Below are positions 57,133 through 64,000 of a stretch of 64,000 nucleotides of DNA, piece by piece (position 1 is the first letter of the stretch; each line of letters opens with the position of its first letter). Source of the stretch: Patescibacteria group bacterium (GTDB lineage: Bacteria > Patescibacteriota > Patescibacteriia > UBA10025 > JAHIVO01). The stretch covers positions 621,942 through 685,941 of the forward strand of contig JBMOKY010000001.1 of assembly GCA_049325535.1 (NCBI GenBank), written 5' to 3'. The notes beneath the pieces were generated by a model. The model saw only the letters and a program-made list of their open reading frames with translations, searched no databases and was not told the origin of the DNA. Made by a program: the position numbers and the translations under genes.

Positions 57133-57480
57133 TTACTTCGCGGATTGACTGCCCCCCGTGAGCTGCTCGGTTTCTTTCCGGGCTGAATGTAACACCCGCA
57201 GACTCCAGACGAACGTGATGAACCACACACCAAATACGACCAGAGAAACCCAAACGCCAGTCTGTTCATCGGCAAACATATAAAAGGTTGCGATAGCGCC
57301 GAGACTGTACATACCGACCAACATGGATATGACCAGCACTTTAGTCACCCGGCCGACCAGCGAACCCTTGAGGAGTTTATACACTTTTCCACCACTGACG
57401 ATGAGATACACGCTGCCGATGACCAAAACAGGCCAGCCAATACCTAAAATTATCGTACGCACCATAGATGTTAATTCCAT
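57133..57480 (-). CDS. 3-TM membrane protein of the two-component operon
   Basis: Hydrophobic 115-aa ORF directly upstream of the kinase. Confidence 0.75.
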   Translation of the reverse strand: MELTSMVRTIILGIGWPVLVIGSVYLIVSGGKVYKLLKGSLVGRVTKVLVISMLVGMYSLGAIATFYMFADEQTGVWVSLVVFGVWFITFVWSLRVLHSARKETEQLTGGSQSAK

Positions 57481-57512
57481 AAGTCTATTAGAATAATGGA
57501 TTAGGGAAGTGG

Positions 57513-57782
57513 TTATTTGCCCTCGGCAATCGATGGGTATTTGGCAAATACGGAATTCAAAGCGTTCTTGACTATCAATCCCGACAGCTCCACATATTTA
57601 TCAACGAGATCCTGAATTAATTTCTTAGGATCTCCTTCATAATCCGTCACGGTACCGTCATCACTTACCTTAAGTCCGCTGACGCTGCGTGCTTTCAGCA
57701 CGGCAATATCAGGCCCAAGCACAACCGCCTGCTTACCGATAATCTCAGTAAGGAGGGCTTTGTACTGTTCTTTTTCCTCCAT
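57513..57782 (-). CDS. Small soluble protein leading the two-component operon
   Basis: 89 aa; IIGKQAVVLGPDIA...LVDKYVELSG; TGcTATAAT upstream. Confidence 0.75.
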   Translation of the reverse strand: MEEKEQYKALLTEIIGKQAVVLGPDIAVLKARSVSGLKVSDDGTVTDYEGDPKKLIQDLVDKYVELSGLIVKNALNSVFAKYPSIAEGK

Positions 57783-57889
57783 GGTTTTGGTGTTAATGAT
57801 AATTTTTTTATTTTCTGTACTAATTATAGCATTTTTTTCGACTTTAAGCAAGGTCGGCAGCCTTTTCACACGCGCGCCTCGTTCACGAG

Positions 57890-58363
57890 CTATTGCTGAC
57901 GATCTGCCAAATAGTTGTCAATCTGGATGTCTGGAAACAAACGAAACCAGATAGAGTCTTTTTTTGAAAAAAATCCTAACACCGGCAAAAGAAAATCCAC
58001 ATACCGCTGCGCCTGATCTTCACCACGCCACTCGTACACGCCTCCGTATTCCTTGGTCTCCATATTGACCATCCAGAGCTTTACCCGAAAACCCGCCATG
58101 CCCGCCCAAAAAGGGGTAGTCATGATGCACAGCCGCTGAAACAACCAGTGGAGCAATGGCTGCGCCCCAATCGCTTTTAGCCGAAAACCTATAACCACCA
58201 CCACCGGTGGTGCATCAGCCGGCTGTGAATTTTCCGTCTCGCGAAATACTGAAAAATCGCCCCGATGTTCGATGCGGAAAATGTGACCCACGCGTTGCCG
58301 GCGTAGATGCAGGGAGCCGGCAACATTTGGAAAACGAAGCAAAGAATCTATGATATGCGTCAT
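57890..58363 (-). CDS. YdhR-like putative monooxygenase (dimeric alpha/beta barrel)
   Basis: GFRVKLW...EYGGVYEW...AQRY. Confidence 0.65.
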   Translation of the reverse strand: MTHIIDSLLRFPNVAGSLHLRRQRVGHIFRIEHRGDFSVFRETENSQPADAPPVVVVIGFRLKAIGAQPLLHWLFQRLCIMTTPFWAGMAGFRVKLWMVNMETKEYGGVYEWRGEDQAQRYVDFLLPVLGFFSKKDSIWFRLFPDIQIDNYLADRQQ

Positions 58364-58854
58364 ACGAGATTGTGCTCATTATCGTTACCGCTGACAACCG
58401 CGTTGCCCCACGCGCGTGCCCGCTCCAATTCTCCATCCTTGAGTGGCCCTTCTTTCCCGGCGACGATAAACCCCTCCGAGCCGGCAGCATTGCCACCCTT
58501 CTGTTTAAGCTGATTGAGGATTTTTTCCCCGGCATATTGAATGGTTTTCATCAGCAGTCGCAATGCAAAATTTTGTTTAGCCTCCTCAAACCGGGTATCA
58601 AATCCGGCAACGACAATCCCCTGCAGCGCCTGATCCGGGATATGCGATAAAAAATCTTGGATTGCTTTTGTCGAACGACCGCCCTGGGTCGGCGAACCGA
58701 CGATCAGCGCGGATACCATTTGCCAATCGATGTCACGAATCGCGGTCACCCGGACCGCGTCCGCTTCCCCAGCTTCACCCGCACCCGTGGCGATCGCCTT
58801 GGCGATGCGCTCAGTATTGCCAAAAGTAGAATCATAAATAACCAGCGTTTTCAT
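58360..58854 (-). CDS. Flavodoxin
   Basis: YDSTFGNTERIA, VGSPT, FDTR, GELERARAW. Confidence 0.9.
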   Translation of the reverse strand: MKTLVIYDSTFGNTERIAKAIATGAGEAGEADAVRVTAIRDIDWQMVSALIVGSPTQGGRSTKAIQDFLSHIPDQALQGIVVAGFDTRFEEAKQNFALRLLMKTIQYAGEKILNQLKQKGGNAAGSEGFIVAGKEGPLKDGELERARAWGNAVVSGNDNEHNLV

Positions 58855-59300
58855 CGGACGGGATCCTCCGGTAGATAAAAGGCTTTTTTGAGGAAACATG
58901 CCACTCCCATCCGACTGGCATCAAAATGCGGCTGGGGTAACTGCCGGGGGTCGACCCACCGCCACTCACTGCATTTTTCGGGCTCTCTGATTACCGGCTC
59001 ACCTCGATGTGACCCGGCCTGCAAAACGACGGAAATATAATGTAGTCCTGACTCCCGGTACGTTTCGAGATTATTAGTTATGGCAATCACGCGCGGTTGG
59101 GATATATCCATGCCGGTTTCTTCTCGTACTTCACGAATGGCCGCCTGTTCAAATGTTTCCCCCATGTCCAGATGTCCACCGGGAATAGAATAATACGGCG
59201 CATGACTGCCGATACGTTTGCCGACCAGGATATTGCCTTCAGCATTTACGATGATGACACCGAGGCCCACCCGAGGACGATTTTTATCAGTACTGATCAT
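58851..59300 (-). CDS. NUDIX hydrolase (NUDT15/MutT-like)
   Basis: GGHLDMGETFEQAAIREVREETG, EPEKC..W.W. Confidence 0.92.
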   Translation of the reverse strand: MISTDKNRPRVGLGVIIVNAEGNILVGKRIGSHAPYYSIPGGHLDMGETFEQAAIREVREETGMDISQPRVIAITNNLETYRESGLHYISVVLQAGSHRGEPVIREPEKCSEWRWVDPRQLPQPHFDASRMGVACFLKKAFYLPEDPVR

Positions 59301-59352
59301 GTTCGCAGTATAGCAAAAAATCCAACAAAAACCCACCGGCGTTGTCGATTAT

Positions 59353-59577
59353 TTACTCTGAAAGAATACGCGTTGCCTGATACCCGACAGCCTCAATAGC
59401 AGCGATCAATTGTTCAGGAGTAACGGCGCTCGCCGGTTCCATCTCGATTGTGGTTTGAGCCCGAGCATAGTTCGTGCGGCTGGACACAACCCCAGGTACA
59501 TCCTCCAGCGCGTCGTCGATGTTCATGGCACAGCTCGTACAGTGCATGCCACGTATGTTCAGGGTAATTGTGGTCAT
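59353..59577 (-). CDS. copZ: Copper chaperone (HMA domain)
   Basis: GMHCTSC, 74 aa. Confidence 0.88.
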   Translation of the reverse strand: MTTITLNIRGMHCTSCAMNIDDALEDVPGVVSSRTNYARAQTTIEMEPASAVTPEQLIAAIEAVGYQATRILSE

Positions 59578-59590
59578 AAGGTATCAGAGG

Positions 59591-60652
59591 CTATAAGACT
59601 TCCATCACTCCGGAATACATGCCCATGGAACAAGCAAAGGTGTATTTACCTGGCTTGGTCGGGGTAAAGGTAAAGGTTTGGGAGTCGGTCGGCTTGAGCG
59701 TGGTGCTGATTCCGAATTCTCGAAAAGTGAACGCTGATGCGCAAGTGTACACGTCATCGGTCATCAGCGTCAGTGCAACCGGTATACCTGCGCGTACCGA
59801 AATCCGATTGGGTATGTACCCCCGATCTTCCACATTGATCGTCACCCGCTGAAGCTGTTCAGCGCTCATCGGCCCCGAAGTATCGAGCGGTACCGACACC
59901 ACCGGAGTTGCATCGCGCGTCAGGGACTGGGTCATTTTCTGCCAGGAAATAGGGGCATCCAGGACAAGCAAAACACCATTGGCACTATACAAAAACATGA
60001 AGACGAGCAGGGCAGCGGCTGCCTTCAGAAATTTTGATCGCCAGGCTTCGGACAATTTTGCGGTAACTATTCCGACCAGGCTAAAAACTGGCGCCGTACC
60101 GAGAACAAATGTTGCCATGATCAGAGCGCCGGACAGGGCATTGCCGCTGGAAATGGCCAGTATCTCCATAGCCTGCGTAACCCCACAGGGCACCAGGATA
60201 GTCAAAAATCCGACTACCGCCGGGGCGAACCACGACGTGCCACGGGTCGACCGGCGCACCCACCGCTGCATAAACCGCGGTGGCTGAAAGCTCATAAAGC
60301 GAAATATGGGATGAACCTGAAGCAGATTGAGCGCGGTGGCGAGCATAAAAAGAGCGGCGATAATTTGGAACGTGATGCGCATCCCCAGGCTGAAGGTTAG
60401 CACCGATCCGATCGCGCCCAATGCGGCGCCAAACAGCGTATGCGATACTAATTTCGCTCCGAGGAATATGACAACTGGCAGCCAGTCTTCCCGATCAAAC
60501 GACCGTGCACTGAGCGAAGGATTACCGGGATTCTCATTTAGATCTTTTCCTTTCTGATTGGCAATCACCGAGGCCAGCAGGCCTCCTTGCATCGCCACGC
60601 ATGACAACCCCCCGGTGGTCAAGCCTGTGATAAAAATAAACCAAAGGTTCAT
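59591..60652 (-). CDS. DsbD_2/TauE-like membrane protein fused to a cupredoxin domain
   Basis: SCVAMQGG, LVPCG, FVLGT; C-terminal FACSMGM. Confidence 0.85.
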   Translation of the reverse strand: MNLWFIFITGLTTGGLSCVAMQGGLLASVIANQKGKDLNENPGNPSLSARSFDREDWLPVVIFLGAKLVSHTLFGAALGAIGSVLTFSLGMRITFQIIAALFMLATALNLLQVHPIFRFMSFQPPRFMQRWVRRSTRGTSWFAPAVVGFLTILVPCGVTQAMEILAISSGNALSGALIMATFVLGTAPVFSLVGIVTAKLSEAWRSKFLKAAAALLVFMFLYSANGVLLVLDAPISWQKMTQSLTRDATPVVSVPLDTSGPMSAEQLQRVTINVEDRGYIPNRISVRAGIPVALTLMTDDVYTCASAFTFREFGISTTLKPTDSQTFTFTPTKPGKYTFACSMGMYSGVMEVL

Positions 60653-60658
60653 AGCTCG

Positions 60659-62866
60659 TTATGATAATTTCTTAGCACCGCGTTTTAAGAGCAGCGAATT
60701 TGTCACTACCGATACACTGGAAAAAGCCATGGCTGCGCCAGCGAGCTCGGGTCGGAGTTGCCAGCCAAAAATGGGGAAAAAAATGCCAGCCGCGATGGGA
60801 ATCCCAGCCACGTTATACACCAGTGCCCAAAAAAGATTTTGCACAATCTTACGAAACGTCTTGCGGGACAGTCTAATGCCACGAGCCACATCCCGTAAAT
60901 CATTTTTGACGAGGACTATTTGCCCTGTTTCCAGAGCGACATCGGTACCCGAACCAATGGCAATCCCCAGATCGGCCTGGGCCAGGGCTGGTGCGTCATT
61001 GATGCCATCCCCCACAAAAGCAACGTTCTTCCCGATCGACTGTAATTGCTCGACCTGATAGGATTTCTCATGCGGCAGCACCTCTGCCAGGACGTGCGTG
61101 ATTCCCACCTGGCCAGCGATGGCAGTAGCGGTTTGTGTATTATCTCCGGTAATCATAACTACTTCGATCTTCATTTTTTTGAGTTGAGCCACAGCAGCAG
61201 CTGACGTTTCTTTGACCGTGTCCGCAACTGCGATACACCCCGTCAGTTTTTTATTCTGTGCCAACAGCATGACAGTCTTGCCACCCAGTTCCATTTTCTC
61301 AATATGGGGAGCTAAGCCAGCAATGTCAATTCCTTCATCGATCATTAATGTTTTATTGCCCAGTAGAGTATCGACCCCACCAACGATTCCCCGCACTCCA
61401 TGTCCGGGAATCGCAGCAAAATCGGTGACGTGATACAATGCCATGTTTAGCGCCTCCGCATGCTTGACGATAGCCTCAGCCAATGGATGTTCGGACTGTT
61501 TTTCTATCGATGCCGCCACGGCAATCACCATCTGCTCGTCATTTCCCGGGGTGACACGCACATCGGTGACAGTCGGTTTTCCATTTGTCAGAGTGCCTGT
61601 CTTATCAAATATCACTGTGTCAATTTTCCGCGCTGCCTCGAGCGCCTCGCCACCTTTGATCAAAATACCCCTACTCGCCCCCAACCCAGTACCGGTGATA
61701 ATGGCCGTCGGCGTAGCCAAACCGAGCGCGCACGGACAGGCTATCACCAATACCGCAACAAACGCCATCAGACTCGGGACAAATTGCTGACCAGCCAGGA
61801 AATACCACGAAATAAATGTAATCAACGATATAGCAATAACGGTAGGCACAAAATACGCTGATACCCGATCGGCAAACCGCTGGATAGGCGCTTTTGATGC
61901 TTGCGCCTGTTCTACCAAACGTATGATACCGGATAAAAGAGTATCCTTGCCAACTTTTGTAGCTATATACGTAAACGACCCATGCGTATTGATCGTACCG
62001 CCGATGACGACATCGTTTGGATTTTTTTCGATGGGAATACTTTCACCCGTAACCATAGATTCATCGACTGACGAATGACCTTCCTCAACCGTGCCATCAA
62101 CCGGAATCTTCGCGCCCGGTTTCACCCGGATCACATCTCCTACCTGCACCTGATCCATAGAGATTTCCTGCTCGACGCCATCACGAATAACAATTGCTGT
62201 TTTCGGCGCCAACCCCATCAGTTTTTTTACGGCTTCGTTGGTTTTGCCTTTAGCCCGCGCTTCAAGCCATTTGCCCAGCAGAACAAAAGCAATCAAGATG
62301 CTGCCGATTTCAAAATATACCTCACCCTCGATCAGTCCGACGACTACTACGACCGAATACCCATAGGCAGCCGAGGTGCCCAAGGCAATCAAGCTGTCCA
62401 TATTGGCGGTGCGGGAGCGCAGCGCATCCCATGAGCCACGATAAAATTGCCACCCTGACCAAAATTGGATCGGCGTGGCAAAGAGGAACTGCAGCCAGCC
62501 GCGATACGGTATCATTTCAATTCCCGGGATGATAAGCATGCCCATACTCAAAATCAGCACAGGAATGGCGAGCCCCAAACTTATCCAAAATGTACGACGG
62601 ATTTTTTTTATTTCCGCCTCCTTATCCATGGACTCAGTATTGTGCCCACGATCGAGCACGCTCCCCTGGTAGCCCGCCGCCACTACCGCTTTGATCAATT
62701 GGTCGGTTGTTACCGTGTCTGATGCATACGAGACATGGGCTCGTTCAGTCCCATAATTAACCACCGCCCGTTCGACTCCCGGCACTTTTCGCAAACGACG
62801 CTCAATTAACTGAGCACAGCTGGCGCAGTGCATGCCACCCAGTGAAATAATTTTTTCTTGAGTCAT
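60659..62866 (-). CDS. copA: Cu(I)-translocating P1B-type ATPase
   Basis: [43 protein letters not shown]...MAFSS. Confidence 0.95.
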   Translation of the reverse strand: MTQEKIISLGGMHCASCAQLIERRLRKVPGVERAVVNYGTERAHVSYASDTVTTDQLIKAVVAAGYQGSVLDRGHNTESMDKEAEIKKIRRTFWISLGLAIPVLILSMGMLIIPGIEMIPYRGWLQFLFATPIQFWSGWQFYRGSWDALRSRTANMDSLIALGTSAAYGYSVVVVVGLIEGEVYFEIGSILIAFVLLGKWLEARAKGKTNEAVKKLMGLAPKTAIVIRDGVEQEISMDQVQVGDVIRVKPGAKIPVDGTVEEGHSSVDESMVTGESIPIEKNPNDVVIGGTINTHGSFTYIATKVGKDTLLSGIIRLVEQAQASKAPIQRFADRVSAYFVPTVIAISLITFISWYFLAGQQFVPSLMAFVAVLVIACPCALGLATPTAIITGTGLGASRGILIKGGEALEAARKIDTVIFDKTGTLTNGKPTVTDVRVTPGNDEQMVIAVAASIEKQSEHPLAEAIVKHAEALNMALYHVTDFAAIPGHGVRGIVGGVDTLLGNKTLMIDEGIDIAGLAPHIEKMELGGKTVMLLAQNKKLTGCIAVADTVKETSAAAVAQLKKMKIEVVMITGDNTQTATAIAGQVGITHVLAEVLPHEKSYQVEQLQSIGKNVAFVGDGINDAPALAQADLGIAIGSGTDVALETGQIVLVKNDLRDVARGIRLSRKTFRKIVQNLFWALVYNVAGIPIAAGIFFPIFGWQLRPELAGAAMAFSSVSVVTNSLLLKRGAKKLS

Positions 62867-62882
62867 AGGGTTCAGCATACGA

Positions 62883-63257
62883 TCATTCGTTGACGATAAT
62901 TTTCCCCTGGTACATACCCATATCACAGGTGAAGGATATTTCACCCTTTTCTTTCGGCGTGAAATCGACATCCGTCATAGCGAACGGTTTTAAGTCTTTG
63001 CGGATCCCTAGTCCGTCAAACGTCACAAATCGTGAGCACTCGGCGTCCTCCTGCCGATTGAAATGAATGCGTAATGGCACGCCAGACTGCACCGTAATCT
63101 CATTTGGATCATATGCCCCTTTAACCAATATGGTAATTTCTTGGATGGCACCCTTTATTTCTGCGCGCTCCTGACGACGCTGGAATCTGAGCCAGAGCCA
63201 AAATACCCCGATGACCAGGATTATCAGCAACGTGCCTATCATTTGGCGAGTGTCCAT
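62883..63257 (-). CDS. CupA-like membrane-anchored cupredoxin
   Basis: [17 protein letters not shown]. Confidence 0.85.
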   Translation of the reverse strand: MDTRQMIGTLLIILVIGVFWLWLRFQRRQERAEIKGAIQEITILVKGAYDPNEITVQSGVPLRIHFNRQEDAECSRFVTFDGLGIRKDLKPFAMTDVDFTPKEKGEISFTCDMGMYQGKIIVNE

Positions 63258-63263
63258 GGATAA

Positions 63264-63746
63264 TTATTGAGTTACTATATATTTTTCCGGATGTTCAACA
63301 AATGACGCATGGCACCCTGACGCACAAAAGTAATAGGTCGAACGACGGTATTGCGCAGACCACCCTGCCGTCTGTGGAGATATCGTCATGCCGCATACGG
63401 GGTCTGTCACGTGGGGTATAGGGACACGCTCCCGAGAAACTATCCGGGGAGCCCTGATTTTCTTGCGATCAACCAAAATATGCTGCACATCGTCGAGTGC
63501 GCGGATGATGCGCGGATGCGACAGGCAGTACGTGATTTCCTTACCCGCACGTCGGGGTACCACCACGGCGTAGCGACGAAGTACTTGGAGATGTTGACTC
63601 ACGTTTGCCTGCGCCATACCAGTCATACGCCGGATCTCCTCCACCCGCAAACACTGGCTGCGCAATAGATTGACTATTTCCAAGCGCTTGGAGCTGGCGA
63701 GTGCCTTAAATAACTGGCTATGAGGTTGAAAATGGGTTGGTGACAT
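63264..63746 (-). CDS. ArsR/SmtB regulator fused to a YHS domain
   Basis: FKALASSKRLEIV, QANVSQHLQVLR; DPVCGM...YYFCASGC. Confidence 0.88.
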   Translation of the reverse strand: MSPTHFQPHSQLFKALASSKRLEIVNLLRSQCLRVEEIRRMTGMAQANVSQHLQVLRRYAVVVPRRAGKEITYCLSHPRIIRALDDVQHILVDRKKIRAPRIVSRERVPIPHVTDPVCGMTISPQTAGWSAQYRRSTYYFCASGCHASFVEHPEKYIVTQ

Positions 63747-63793
63747 ATTCAATATTATGAATATATAATAAACCCTTTCATTTTGCGTGTCAA
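63745..63793 (-). promoter_or_regulatory. sigma70 promoter and ArsR-type inverted-repeat operator
   Basis: TTGACA-17-TATTAT; ATATTCA-N6-TGAATAT at 63745-63764. Confidence 0.75.
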
Positions 63794-63918
63794 ATCCCCC
63801 GCTCTCCTGAAGGATTGAGCAGGTATGCAAATACAGAGCCGCGCGCATCGTACCGACTTTCTCATCCATTCGTCCTGCACGAAAGGTGCAGGACTGCGCT
63901 CCTTATTTGGGAAGCTCA

Positions 63919-63994
63919 TGGCGGGGGTGCAAGGATTCGAACCCTGACTTGCGGTTTTGGAGACCGCCGTGCTAGCCATTGACACTACACCCCC
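63919..63994 (-). tRNA. tRNA-Trp(CCA), CCA encoded
   Basis: Acceptor GGGGGTG/CACCCCC, anticodon loop CTCCAAA, T-loop TTCGAAT. Confidence 0.96.
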
Positions 63995-64000
63995 TCGGTT

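Noticed and set aside
59353-63994. Genomic island integrated at tRNA-Trp
   Set aside because: No integrase and no duplicated tRNA-Trp 3' end seen in the window.

Overview
Bacterial chromosome segment (standard code, mostly minus-strand genes). Its gene content and style (FG-GAP surface protein, minimal group-3-related NiFe hydrogenase, type IV minor pilins, many short ORFans) suggest a Patescibacteria/CPR genome; this taxonomy is an inference. In order it holds: a Chlamydia-type (class Ic) nrdAB with NrdR-like and DnaA boxes; tRNA-Gln flanked by two unexplained structured RNAs; an RlpA/PBP-MacB-ftsEX cell-envelope operon; tRNA-Gly and tRNA-Thr; ftsB-prsA; a two-subunit NiFe hydrogenase with convergent EamA/DUF6390/protease genes; a large mosaic surface protein; a split DUF6504-dinB unit; two ECF/anti-sigma pairs; greA; a secreted Cys-His-Asp protein; DUF47-Pit; an amidase; rpiB; an ahpC-MFS-CobW operon; minor pilins; a two-component module; a copper operon led by an ArsR-YHS regulator; and tRNA-Trp. 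The most striking non-coding pattern is a two-tier expression grammar. Many ordinary genes look leaderless (TGnTAnnnT, about 6 nt, ATG). About nine stand-alone units instead share sigma70 promoter + boxA-like motif + strong SD + ORF + terminator. No CRISPR array, integrase or transposase was seen. All family calls are by-eye motif recognition, not database searches.
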